A stretch of 63,617 nt of DNA, the filler included. It is 7 parts of 7 records of this genome, joined end to end, with 100 filler letters (N's around TTAATTAATTAA, not from the genome) between each part and the next. Parts side by side here need not be neighbours in the genome. Positions count along the whole stretch, not along the records: positions 26,231 to 36,705 come from SRR20825019_1590; positions 36,806 to 44,833 come from SRR20825019_1591; 5 more parts are not named here. One strand, written 5' to 3'. Below, one piece after another: positions 30,565 to 39,617 of the stretch. Each line of letters begins with the position of its first letter. Positions within the stretch are counted from its first letter, which is position 1. A program made the translations under genes and the position numbers. The notes under the pieces were generated by a model. It was not told the DNA's origin, searched no databases, and saw only the letters and a list, made by a program, of their open reading frames with translations.

Positions 30565-31044
30565 TCAATCGTAGAGATGACCTACTGCACTGGCAGATTT
30601 ACATCTCTCTGATACGGCATCATCTGATTCAACGGATACGATGTCGATGCCTGCAATCTTAGCTTGGAGGGCCATGCCGAAATTGCGATCATAAGTGAGC
30701 CAAGCGCTTGTTATTATTACTGCCCATAAGATACTAAAGAGAGATCCAACTAAGAAATATTCCGCGAAACTTTGGTCATCCAATTCCTTAAAACGGGCGA
30801 CGGTCTTTAGGGCGATTACAGCAGCGAGCACTTCCCAACTATGGGTCATTATACCAATGGCAATAACAAGTCGCTCAAGCCATCCGATAATCCATCCTGC
30901 TGGCTTCACCTCGCTTGCATTTATTTCAGGCTTGTTCGCAAGATCAGCATACTGGAATAGCCGTCGGCAAACCACGTTGCCGAAGCCAGTTAATAGAACG
31001 AGCGCGATAAGTGAATAGGCAGCGGCATGTACGTATTCCATCAA
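30565..31044 (-). CDS. Membrane protein, DUF3307-related partner of SatD
   Basis: AGWIIGWLERL...ALKTVARFKEL...AEYFLVGSLFS, with hydrophobic segments. Confidence 0.75.
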   Translation of the reverse strand: MMEYVHAAAYSLIALVLLTGFGNVVCRRLFQYADLANKPEINASEVKPAGWIIGWLERLVIAIGIMTHSWEVLAAVIALKTVARFKELDDQSFAEYFLVGSLFSILWAVIITSAWLTYDRNFGMALQAKIAGIDIVSVESDDAVSERCKSASAVGHLYD

Positions 31045-31706
31045 CTCAGCTTTCCTTTTTTTTCAAACTCACTGAGAGCTTTATTGACCGCGCTCCACTG
31101 AAGCGTATAAGCGTCAAAATCACCCGATCTGCGAACTTTGTAAATGCTGTGTACAGAAACATTTCTGTGCTCTGATAGCTCAGCAGGGCTGAGACCGCCG
31201 AGTAGAGCAGAAATATCTTCGCGTTGCTGATCTGTCCAACTGCGCTCGATTGTGCTAAGCCCTACTCCGATAGCATCAAGTAATGCTTCGGTGACAGGGG
31301 CTTCTGCAATTGAAAACCTATAAAGCTGGTTGGTCTTCTTCTGGTTAAGTTTATTACGCGCTCGCGCTAAGCCAGGCCCCATCATATTCCATGCTTTTGA
31401 CGAGTTTATCGGACTCTTAATTTCAACAGTACCGACTACAAAACGACAATCGATTTCTTCTGCTAACAACGCTAGACGCAGACCACGCACAATCTCAATG
31501 GCTTGGGTTAGCGTATGTGTAAGACCTTGAAACTCGTCTCCAAGCGTTATTGTCAGAGGTGAGATTAAACTCGCTGCATGCTCGAGGTTTTGACGATCAA
31601 CCGCTTGGTTGAACCCCGCATGAAGCAACTCAACTGGTAGGGAGCTTTCGCTCCGGACGAGGTCCCCCATCACCACCGCGCAACGTTGTCCGTTTGTATC
31701 CGTCAT
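31041..31706 (-). CDS. SatD-family protein with a C-terminal HTH-like region
   Basis: AVVMGDLVRS, TITLGDEFQG, GPGLARAR, WTDQQRE, then an HTH-like segment. Confidence 0.82.
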   Translation of the reverse strand: MTDTNGQRCAVVMGDLVRSESSLPVELLHAGFNQAVDRQNLEHAASLISPLTITLGDEFQGLTHTLTQAIEIVRGLRLALLAEEIDCRFVVGTVEIKSPINSSKAWNMMGPGLARARNKLNQKKTNQLYRFSIAEAPVTEALLDAIGVGLSTIERSWTDQQREDISALLGGLSPAELSEHRNVSVHSIYKVRRSGDFDAYTLQWSAVNKALSEFEKKGKLS

Positions 31707-31720
31707 AGGGTCACTTTAAA

Positions 31721-31772
31721 CATGTAACCAAAAATGGGTCAATAATGACAGTGACCCTAAAATGGTTACATG
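31721..31772. promoter_or_regulatory. Large inverted repeat (tandem operators) directly upstream of satD
   Basis: CATGTAACCA-aaaat-GGGTCA-N10-TGACCC-taaaa-TGGTTACATG. Confidence 0.65.
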
Positions 31773-32133
31773 GCTTCACATCTACAGCCTCAGACGTTTG
31801 AAGGCATGCACCTTACGCATCGCCATCAACGGTGCGAGAGCTTCTACCTGAGACCTTTTCAGCCATGACTAGATAGCCCGACGTCACAAAGCGGCTATTG
31901 ATGCAGCCGCAGCGAAAGCTCCCTTCGTCGCTCATAGCGGACCTCTGTGAAAATTGCGTCGAAGCTCATCTTCGTTTCCTTTCCGCTCAGTCCCCTGCGC
32001 AGGATTTCGCCTGCCCGTCCCCCTTGGGATCATCGAATTTTAAGACAGGAATGCGGCGCGGTGCTATGCTTCGCGACCGCCTGTTTGGCCCCATTTCGGG
32101 CGTCGGCGTATCCTTGTTTGAAAGATCCTGAAA

Positions 32134-32685
32134 ATGCTCTCCATGCATATGATTCCGCAGGCCTTTAGCGTGGGCGAATGCGACGCGATCGTGGCTGCCA
32201 TATCGCAAGCCCCCAGTGACCCTGCCCTGCTGGTGGGGCGCAACCGTGACCACAACATGCGCAGTGCCGATCTGGTGTGGACGGACGAGGTCGAGGGGCT
32301 GGCTTGGGTGATGGACCGGCTGATTGATCTGGTGCGGGTGGCGAACCGCGATCACTTCGGGTTTGATCTGACGGCCTTCGAGGAAAGCCCGCAGGTGGCG
32401 ATCTATCGCGCCAGTGCGGCGGGGCATTTCGTGTGGCATTCGGACATCGGCGGCGGGCCGATCTCGGCCAAGCGCAAGCTGACGCTGGTGCTGCAACTGT
32501 CGCAGCCGGAGGATTACGAAGGTGGCACGCTGGAGGTGATGCCCGGCGCGCAGGTGCTGGAGGCCAGTCGCGCGCAGGGCTGTGTGACCGTGTTCCCCAG
32601 CTTCATGTTGCATCAGGTGACGCCGGTGCGCAGCGGCGTGCGCCATTCGCTGACGGTCTGGGCGCACGGGCCTGCGTTCCGGTGA
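32134..32685 (+). CDS. 2OG-Fe(II) oxygenase (PKHD/prolyl-hydroxylase-like)
   Basis: WHSD, RKLTLVLQLS, YEGG, FPSFMLHQVTPV, RHSLTVW. Confidence 0.9.
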   Translation: MLSMHMIPQAFSVGECDAIVAAISQAPSDPALLVGRNRDHNMRSADLVWTDEVEGLAWVMDRLIDLVRVANRDHFGFDLTAFEESPQVAIYRASAAGHFVWHSDIGGGPISAKRKLTLVLQLSQPEDYEGGTLEVMPGAQVLEASRAQGCVTVFPSFMLHQVTPVRSGVRHSLTVWAHGPAFR

Positions 32686-32754
32686 AACTGTAATCCATCA
32701 CCACGCCTGCGCGCGACGTCGAGACATGGCGCGCAGGCGGTTTTGCCGGTCGTG

Positions 32755-33084
32755 TCAGCGCAGCCGTTTGCCGCGCGGCGGGGACTGGCGCATTTTTTCC
32801 AGAAGTGCGGTTTTCAGCAGTTCGCTGTGTCCAATCAGGCTTTGGTCCTTGCAGACCGACCGCGCGATGGCGTCGGCGTTGGCAAAGTCATAGCCGAAAT
32901 CCACCAGATCCTGGACAAAGTGGCCTTCGGGTGCGTCCCAGATCGTGGCCTGCAGCGGGCCGCGGTAGCAGGCGATGCGGATGGGCTGTTGCGCGCCCAG
33001 CGCGGATCGGCCGCTTTCGGCCGCCAACACAGGGTGCGCGGTGAATGTGCCGACGGCAAGCGCTGCAAGCATGAGAGCTTTCAT
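32755..33084 (-). CDS. Small secreted hypothetical protein with two Cys
   Basis: Signal peptide MKALMLAALAVG...VLA; AGGAG RBS; same strand as and downstream of the Hint gene. Confidence 0.7.
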   Translation of the reverse strand: MKALMLAALAVGTFTAHPVLAAESGRSALGAQQPIRIACYRGPLQATIWDAPEGHFVQDLVDFGYDFANADAIARSVCKDQSLIGHSELLKTALLEKMRQSPPRGKRLR

Positions 33085-33108
33085 GATGGTCTCCTGAGGG
33101 GACAGTGC

Positions 33109-33843
33109 CTAGCCGATTTCGAATGCGGCCAGCATTTCCCTGGGTTTCAATGTGGGACGGGCAGAGGCAAATGCAGTTTGTGCGGACCTGTCTCTGTCAG
33201 GGGCGCGCAGGCAGGGAAACAGGCTGTGCAGTTCGGTTTGCACGCGGCATTCCATGCCATCAACCATGCGCGCGGCAGGCTGAAAGCTTTCGGTCCACAG
33301 GCCGTCAGATAGCACGATTTCATGGCGTTTGAACAGGAGATGAATGTAGCTCACGCCGGTGTCAGGTGCGATTTGGGTGACACCTTGCCGGGTCTTGAGG
33401 CCCGTTGCCGGGACCAGCATCTCGGGTTCGCTGAACTCGACCGCCAGACCGGGACCGCGCACCAGAAAGCGGTGTTGGGGCGACACCAGCATGTCGCGGC
33501 ATGGCAGGTCATCGCCCAGCGATCCGCGCGCGATGCGGATCGGGGCCAGTGCCGGATCGGCGGCGATTTCCGCGGCGGACAGGGTGCGCCGTCCGACCCA
33601 GACCACCTGTTGCATGCCGCTGTCACGGGTCAGCAGATGGTCGCCGGGCCGCACGTCCTGGACCGCGATGCTGCCTGCGGGGGTGTAGACGCGCGTGCCG
33701 GGGGTAAAGCAGGGCACCGGATCGCAGTCATCCTTGCCGCCGCCCCAATGTGGCGGGTGCCAGGGTTTCCACCAGTGGAACCAGTGCCATTTGGCATGGC
33801 CCGGCAGGCGAGAAAACGTACAGTGTTTGAAGGTCAGGGTCAT
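33109..33843 (-). CDS. Hint (Hint_2) protein with a short Trp/His-rich N-terminal peptide
   Basis: PCFTPGTRV...VSPQHR...YIHLLFKRHEIVLSDGLWTESFQP. Confidence 0.88.
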   Translation of the reverse strand: MTLTFKHCTFSRLPGHAKWHWFHWWKPWHPPHWGGGKDDCDPVPCFTPGTRVYTPAGSIAVQDVRPGDHLLTRDSGMQQVVWVGRRTLSAAEIAADPALAPIRIARGSLGDDLPCRDMLVSPQHRFLVRGPGLAVEFSEPEMLVPATGLKTRQGVTQIAPDTGVSYIHLLFKRHEIVLSDGLWTESFQPAARMVDGMECRVQTELHSLFPCLRAPDRDRSAQTAFASARPTLKPREMLAAFEIG

Positions 33844-33872
33844 GGCAGTGGTCCGTGATCTGGGAGCGGAAA

Positions 33873-34649
33873 TTACGCGGGTGTGAACGAGGCCATCAGT
33901 TGCGTGGCGTCATCGTCCAGCGGGTCGCGGGCCTGGCGGCCGATCAGCACATAGTCGGCGCCGCCGTGCCGGAACCATGCGCCCCTGCCGTCGGCCAGTG
34001 TCAGGCGGCTGGGTGCGTGGGCGGCGTCGTCCTGTGCCTGTGCGACATAAAGGGTGACCATGCCGTCGGCGCCCGCGTCGAATGTCATCAGCACCGACGC
34101 GCCGCTGTCCGACGGGATCACCTGGGTGTCGCGCAGGACCCATGTCGCGGGGTGGCCGGGCAGCGACAGGCCCGCCAGACGTTTGATTTCGGCCAGGTCG
34201 ACCGAGGTGTCCTCGTCCATCGAGACCATGTTGAGACGCAGTTCGGCCAGGGCGTTGGCGCGCAGGGCTTCGCCGATCAGGTCGTCGCCTGCACGCGGGC
34301 TGGTCCCGAAGGGCAGCAGCGTCAGCCCCGCCACAAGGACGACCGAGGCCAGCGAAATGCCAAAGCCGAAGCCCACGGCCATCTTGCTGAACGCCTTGGG
34401 TTCGGGCGCTGTTGGCAGCGGCCCCGGCAGGGTCGGATAGTCGTCCAGCACCTTGCGCAGGCCCAGCGCCAGAAGCAGCTCTTCGCGTTCGGCGATGTGG
34501 CGGAAGGTTTCGGCGGCGGCCTGGGGCTGGTCGGCCAGCACGCGGGCGACGGTGATGCGATCCTCGACGTCCAGCGTGTCGTTGGCAAAGTCCAGCATCA
34601 GGTCCGGGCGCAGGGCTGTCTGGTCCTGCGGCGCGTTGTGATCGGTCAT
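33873..34649 (-). CDS. Transmembrane anti-sigma factor
   Basis: N-terminal anti-sigma-like LDFANDTLD...RVLADQP, one TM helix and a periplasmic domain; ATGA-coupled to the sigma gene. Confidence 0.72.
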   Translation of the reverse strand: MTDHNAPQDQTALRPDLMLDFANDTLDVEDRITVARVLADQPQAAAETFRHIAEREELLLALGLRKVLDDYPTLPGPLPTAPEPKAFSKMAVGFGFGISLASVVLVAGLTLLPFGTSPRAGDDLIGEALRANALAELRLNMVSMDEDTSVDLAEIKRLAGLSLPGHPATWVLRDTQVIPSDSGASVLMTFDAGADGMVTLYVAQAQDDAAHAPSRLTLADGRGAWFRHGGADYVLIGRQARDPLDDDATQLMASFTPA

Positions 34650-35165
34650 GGTTTGGGTCCTTTCACCATTTCGATGGCGGGGTCGTTTTCAAAGGCGCGC
34701 AGGCGCTGGCGGGCGCGTGCCAGCCGCGACAGCAGGGTGCCCATGGCGATGCCTTCGAGATCGGCGGCGTCGCGACAACTGAGCCCGTCGATGGCCACCA
34801 GTTGCAGGGCGCGGCGCTGGTCGGGGGGGCAGATGGGCAAAGGCGGCGCGGATCTGGCCCAGCCGGACCTGCATGTCCTGCATGGCCGGTTGGTGGTCGT
34901 CCTTGATCCATTGCAAGGCGTCCTCGCGGCCCGCGCGCGCCTGTGCGGTGCGGCGCAGGTCGATCAGACGGCGGCGCATGATCTGGAACAGCCATGCGCG
35001 CAGGCCCTCGGGGTCCTTGAGCAGGTCACGGTTTTCCAGCGCGCGCAGCACCGTTTCCTGCACCAGATCGTCACGCATCGCTGGATCACGCGTCAGCATC
35101 ATCGCGAAACGGCGCAAATCGCCCATCACGTCCGTGATCGCCTGAGGAAAGGGTGCCTGTGTCAT
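34646..35165 (-). pseudogene. ECF sigma factor split by a +1 frameshift in a C7 tract
   Basis: Region 2 (DDLVQET, RAWLFQI) is in ORF 34689-35165 and region 4 (PPDQRRALQL...GTLLSRLARAR) is in ORF 34646-34840. The junction is G7 at 34823-34829; G6 restores the frame. Confidence 0.8.
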
Positions 35166-35173
35166 ATGAGAGT

Positions 35174-35199
35174 AACGGAGCCGCTGCGGGGATTAATCC
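35174..35199 (-). promoter_or_regulatory. Putative autoregulatory ECF promoter GGATT-N17-CGTT
   Basis: Minus strand reads GGATT-AATCCCCGCAGCGGCTC-CGTT, 8 nt before the sigma ATG, so the transcript may be leaderless. Confidence 0.45.
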
Positions 35200-35235
35200 G
35201 TGCGGTTTCACATTTTTTCGCGGGTGTCGCGCGTC

Positions 35236-35748
35236 TCAGCCCCGGAATGCAGGAAGCGGGAACGGGGAGGTCACGTCCTCGGGGCGGCGCTTTTCGTAAA
35301 AAGCGTTGCCCCCGGTCGTCACCACGTAGTGCATGTTGTTGTAAGATGCCTGATACCACGCCGCGTGAAAGAACTTTGCGCGTTCGATCTTGGGGTGTCT
35401 TTCGCCTGCATAGACCGACAGGGCGGCCTCTCTGGCAAGTGCGGCCGAGGGGCCGGACATTGTCTTGGTCATCACGCCGGGGGCGAACTGGTTCGGCTGG
35501 CCCACCACGCCGCAGACGGTATTGGGGAAGGCCTCGGAGGCAACGCGGTTCATCACCACGGTGCCGACCGCGATCATGCCGTCGCGGCTGGAGCGGTGGG
35601 ATTCGAAATACATTGCCCGTGCCAGGCATTCGACCTCGGCCGCGGGGGCCGGTGTCCGCGAGTCGCGACCGCCGCACCCGGCGAGAACCGCAAGGCTGGC
35701 CAGGAGTGTGATGATCCGTCCTGTGGCGTTCCACTGCAGCAAATTCAC
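35236..35748 (-). CDS. Cell wall hydrolase (SleB/Hydrolase_2) lipoprotein
   Basis: Lipobox LAGC; CLARAMYFES, AVGTVVMNRV, FPNTVCGVVGQPNQF. Confidence 0.88.
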   Translation of the reverse strand: MNLLQWNATGRIITLLASLAVLAGCGGRDSRTPAPAAEVECLARAMYFESHRSSRDGMIAVGTVVMNRVASEAFPNTVCGVVGQPNQFAPGVMTKTMSGPSAALAREAALSVYAGERHPKIERAKFFHAAWYQASYNNMHYVVTTGGNAFYEKRRPEDVTSPFPLPAFRG

Positions 35749-36036
35749 GGGCGTCCCTGCGCTATGGCTTTTTTGTTCCGATTGCCGGGCAATCTTTCAG
35801 CAATACCCGCGCGCAGGCAAGAGCGCCGCGCGGCTTTTCCGTCTGCACGTGCATAAGCCCTGCGGGACAGGCCCAAGTCGGCAGATGTCCGCCTGCAGGC
35901 AAGGGGATGCCGATGCGGTTTCGGCGGTGGTTGCGTGCGGGGCCGCTGTGCTATGCTATGGGTGACGCCCTGCCCCCGTGCCGCGACAGGGCAAAGCGCC
36001 TGTCTTGTCCACCTAACAGAAAGGCCCGATACCGTG

Positions 36037-36432
36037 ATGACTGTGACCAAACCGGCGGCCAACCGTGTCGATCTTATCCTGTCCGGCCCGCTGGATTCCG
36101 AGATGATGGGCGATGCGCTGGACCGGATCATCGCCGCATCCGAGGATGTCCGGCACGGGCAGATGCTGTTTGCCATCGAAAGTTTCGAGATGCCGACGAT
36201 GGGAGCCTGGGCGGCAGAGCTGGTGCGGATACCAAAGCTGTTGGCAGCGGTGATGCGGTTTGACCGCTGCGCGGTGCTGTCCGATGTGGCCTGGCTGCGG
36301 ACGACGGCAGAGATCGAGGGCAAGGTGATTCCGTCGCTGGAGATCAAAAGCTTTGCGCTGGCGCAGGGGGATGCGGCGGAGGCGTGGCTGACGGGGGAGG
36401 ACGGGGAAGAGGACGAGAATTTTCCGGTTTAG
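36037..36432 (+). CDS. SpoIIAA-like (STAS/SEC14) protein
   Basis: FDRCAVLSDVAWL...EIKSF...AEAWL. Confidence 0.82.
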   Translation: MTVTKPAANRVDLILSGPLDSEMMGDALDRIIAASEDVRHGQMLFAIESFEMPTMGAWAAELVRIPKLLAAVMRFDRCAVLSDVAWLRTTAEIEGKVIPSLEIKSFALAQGDAAEAWLTGEDGEEDENFPV

Positions 36433-36588
36433 GGGCGCGGTGCGCCTTGGGGTCGGGCTTTGGGGTGCGCTGCGTGCCCAGGTGATGTGCGCGCGGTGGT
36501 TGCTTGCGGCGCATCGCCTCTTCCCCCTTTCGTCATCCGCCCTGCTCTGCCATTATACCCGCCAAGTATAAAAAAGTGAGCAGCCCTT

Positions 36589-36705
36589 ATGAGCGACCTT
36601 CTGTCCGGGTCCGAACCCGCTTCGGATTATGATGCCTCCTCGATCCAGGTGCTGGAGGACATGGAACACGTCCGCCTGCGCCCCGGCATGTATATCGGCG
36701 GCAAG
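36589..36705 (+). CDS. parE: DNA topoisomerase IV subunit B, N-terminus (truncated; not in the ORF track)
   Basis: Manual translation [39 protein letters not shown]. Confidence 0.85.
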
Positions 36706-36806
36706 NNNNNNNNNNNNNNNNNNNNNNNNNNNNNNNNNNNNNNNNNNNNTTAATTAATTAANNNNNNNNNNNNNNNNNNNNNNNNNNNNNNNNNNNNNNN
36801 NNNNNC

Positions 36807-37400
36807 GGCATCGGCTTTCCCGAAATGGTCGCCAAGTTCCAGCCGCCGGGCAAGCAGGCCATCTTCCACACCGAAAACGGCGTGCTCAATTTTGGTGAAG
36901 CCCCCGCGCCCGGCGAGGAGGACTGGGACCTCATCAATGCCGGCAAGAAAGCGATCACGCTTCGGCCCGGCGCGGCCTTCTTCCATCACGCCGACAGCTT
37001 CGGCATGGTGCGCGGCGGGCATCTGGATGTTGCGATCCTGGGCACCTATGAAGTGGCCGAAAATGGCGACCTCGCCAATTGGTCGACCGGCCCCAAGGGC
37101 GTGCCGGCGGTGGGCGGCGCCATGGACCTGGTGCATGGCGCCAAGCGCGTCGCGGTCATCACAGATCACGTCACCAAGGATGGACGGCCAAAGCTGGTCA
37201 AGCGCTGCGCCCTGCCGCTCACCGGGGTGGGGTGCGTTACCCGCGTCTATACCAGCCTTGCGGTCCTGGACATCGAAGATGAACGCTTTGTGCTGCGCGA
37301 AAAGCTGCCCACAATGAGCGTTGCAGAATTGCAGGCCGTCACCGGCGCCGAACTCGTCCTGCCCGACCAGATCGGCAACCTCGTCGCCCCGGAGCTGTGA
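36807..37400 (+). CDS. pcaJ: 3-oxoacid (3-oxoadipate) CoA-transferase subunit B, 5'-truncated
   Basis: GIGFP, TENG, LINAGK, RGGHLD, GDLANW, GGAMDL; precedes pcaF. Confidence 0.88.
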   Translation, partial: GIGFPEMVAKFQPPGKQAIFHTENGVLNFGEAPAPGEEDWDLINAGKKAITLRPGAAFFHHADSFGMVRGGHLDVAILGTYEVAENGDLANWSTGPKGVPAVGGAMDLVHGAKRVAVITDHVTKDGRPKLVKRCALPLTGVGCVTRVYTSLAVLDIEDERFVLREKLPTMSVAELQAVTGAELVLPDQIGNLVAPEL

Positions 37401-37401
37401 G

Positions 37402-38604
37402 ATGACCGACGCCTTTATCTGCGCCTATAAGCGCACCCCCATCGGCCGCTTCGGCGGTTCGCTCTCCGCTGTTCGGCCCGACGATCTTGGCGCCATCCCC
37501 CTCAAGGCGCTGATGGCCGAGCACGCATCGGTGGATTGGGAAGCCGTTGACGACGTCATCTTCGGCAATGCCAATGGCGCTGGCGAAGAAAACCGCAATG
37601 TCGCCCGCATGAGCGCCCTGCTGGCCGGCCTGCCGGTCGGCGTCACCGGCACCACCATGAACCGCCTCTGCGGCTCGGGCATGGATGCGGTGATCACCGC
37701 GGCGCGGGCCATCAAGTCGGGTGAAGCGGACCTCATCATCGCCGGAGGCACCGAAAGCATGAGCCGGGCCCCCTTCGTCATGCCCAAGGCCACCTCTGCC
37801 TTTTCGCGCAATGCCGAAATCTACGACACCACCATTGGCTGGCGTTTCGTCAACCCGCTGATGAAGGCACAATATGGCGTCGATTCCATGCCCGAGACCG
37901 GCGAAAACGTCGCGCAGGAATTCGGCGTCAGCCGCCAGGCGCAGGATGAATTTGCCGTGCGCAGCCAGGACAAGGCCGTCGCCGCTCAACAGAACGGACG
38001 GCTGGCAAAAGAAATCGTCCCGGTCACTATCCCGCAGCGCAACGGCGACCCGGTCGTGGTCGATACCGACGAGCACCCACGCGCCGGCACAACAATCGAA
38101 ACGCTTGCCAAGCTCAAGGCGCTGTTCCCCAATGGCACCGTCACCGCAGGCAATGCTTCGGGCGTCAATGACGGCGCGGCTGCGCTGATCATTGCTTCGG
38201 AAGCGGCCGCGAAGAAACATGGCCTCACCCCCATTGCGCGCATTCTGGGCGGCGCCACCGCCGGTGTGCCGCCGCGCATCATGGGTATGGGCCCGGCACC
38301 CGCCAGCAAAAAACTCTTCGCGCGCCTTGCTCTCACCCAGGTCGATTTCGATATCATCGAACTCAACGAGGCCTTTGCCAGCCAGGGCATCGCCGTGCTG
38401 CGTGATCTTGGCATTGCCGAGGACGACGCCCGCGTGAATCCTAATGGCGGTGCTATTGCCCTCGGGCATCCACTCGGCATGAGCGGCGCCCGCATCACCG
38501 GCACGGCGGCGCTGGAACTCAGCCTTTCCGGCAAGCGACGGGCGCTGGCCACCATGTGCATCGGGGTGGGGCAGGGCATCGCCATCGGTCTCGAACGGGT
38601 CTAG
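37402..38604 (+). CDS. pcaF: 3-oxoadipyl-CoA thiolase
   Basis: NRLCGSG, YDTTIGWRFVNP, NEAFA, GHPLG, MCIGVGQG. Confidence 0.9.
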   Translation: MTDAFICAYKRTPIGRFGGSLSAVRPDDLGAIPLKALMAEHASVDWEAVDDVIFGNANGAGEENRNVARMSALLAGLPVGVTGTTMNRLCGSGMDAVITAARAIKSGEADLIIAGGTESMSRAPFVMPKATSAFSRNAEIYDTTIGWRFVNPLMKAQYGVDSMPETGENVAQEFGVSRQAQDEFAVRSQDKAVAAQQNGRLAKEIVPVTIPQRNGDPVVVDTDEHPRAGTTIETLAKLKALFPNGTVTAGNASGVNDGAAALIIASEAAAKKHGLTPIARILGGATAGVPPRIMGMGPAPASKKLFARLALTQVDFDIIELNEAFASQGIAVLRDLGIAEDDARVNPNGGAIALGHPLGMSGARITGTAALELSLSGKRRALATMCIGVGQGIAIGLERV

Positions 38605-38702
38605 CATTTGCGTGCCGGGCGACGCGCCAGCCATTCTTGATCGCCCGCGCTTGATCGTGCGGGCGCAACCGGACTAAATGCCGGGCAAAAAGGCCCCGGC
38701 AC

Positions 38703-39617
38703 ATGATTACCTGCTTCGATATTGGCGGCACCACCATCAAGGCGGCTACCGCAACCGGCCCCGACGCGCTGGTGGCGCTGGGCCGTGTGCCGACCCCGCG
38801 CGATGATTTCGATGCCTTTGCCGCGGCGATTGCCGGTCTCATCGAAAAGGGCGGCGCCCCGGAAGGCAGCCCCATCTCAATTTCCGTCACCGGCGTTGTC
38901 GATCCCGAAACGGGGCTGACCACAGTGGCCAATATTCCCTGCATCGATGGGCGCAACCTCGCCGGCGATCTTGGCGCGCGTCTCGGCTGCCAGGTGCTGG
39001 TCGCCAATGATGCCGATTGCTTTGCCCTGGCCGAGGCCTTTGCCGGCGCCGGGCGCGGTCACCGTGTGGTCTTCGGCGCCATTCTGGGTACGGGGGTGGG
39101 TGGCGGCATCGTCGCCGATGGCCGCTTGTTCCGCGGTGGCGGCGGCCTGTCCGGCGAGTGGGGCCATGGCACGGCCGTGGCCACTCGGGTCAGCGTGCCG
39201 CCCTTCGACATGCCGCATCTGCCCTGCGGTTGCGGCCTTGAGGGCTGCGTGGATACAATTGGCGGCGCGCGCGGCATCGAGAAACTGCACAAGCACCTGC
39301 ATGGTGCCGATCTGCCAAGCACGGACATTGTGACGCAATGGGAACGGGGTGATGCGCATGCCACCCAAACGCTCGATCTCTATGTCGAGCTGGTGTCCCT
39401 TCCCCTGGCGCTGACCGTCAATATCGTCGGACCCGACATCATCCCGGTCGGCGGGGGCCTCGGCAATGCCCATGGTCTTGTTGCCCGGTTGGATGTGGCG
39501 GTGCGCGGGCGTATCCTGCGCAGCATTGATCGCCCGCTGGTCGTTCCCGCGCAATTGACGGTCGATGCCGGATTGATCGGCGCGGCGAGCCTGGCATTCT
39601 CGGAGGGAGTGGCATGA
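38703..39617 (+). CDS. ROK-family sugar kinase (NagK-like)
   Basis: FDIGGT, ANDADC, GTGVGGG, GEWGH, CGCG. Confidence 0.88.
   Translation: MITCFDIGGTTIKAATATGPDALVALGRVPTPRDDFDAFAAAIAGLIEKGGAPEGSPISISVTGVVDPETGLTTVANIPCIDGRNLAGDLGARLGCQVLVANDADCFALAEAFAGAGRGHRVVFGAILGTGVGGGIVADGRLFRGGGGLSGEWGHGTAVATRVSVPPFDMPHLPCGCGLEGCVDTIGGARGIEKLHKHLHGADLPSTDIVTQWERGDAHATQTLDLYVELVSLPLALTVNIVGPDIIPVGGGLGNAHGLVARLDVAVRGRILRSIDRPLVVPAQLTVDAGLIGAASLAFSEGVA

Noticed and set aside
31883-31907. GTCACAA here and at 43608 as further copies of the reb promoter
   Set aside because: Neither has CGTC after 14 nt (CAGC and AGCG instead), and both are on other contigs.
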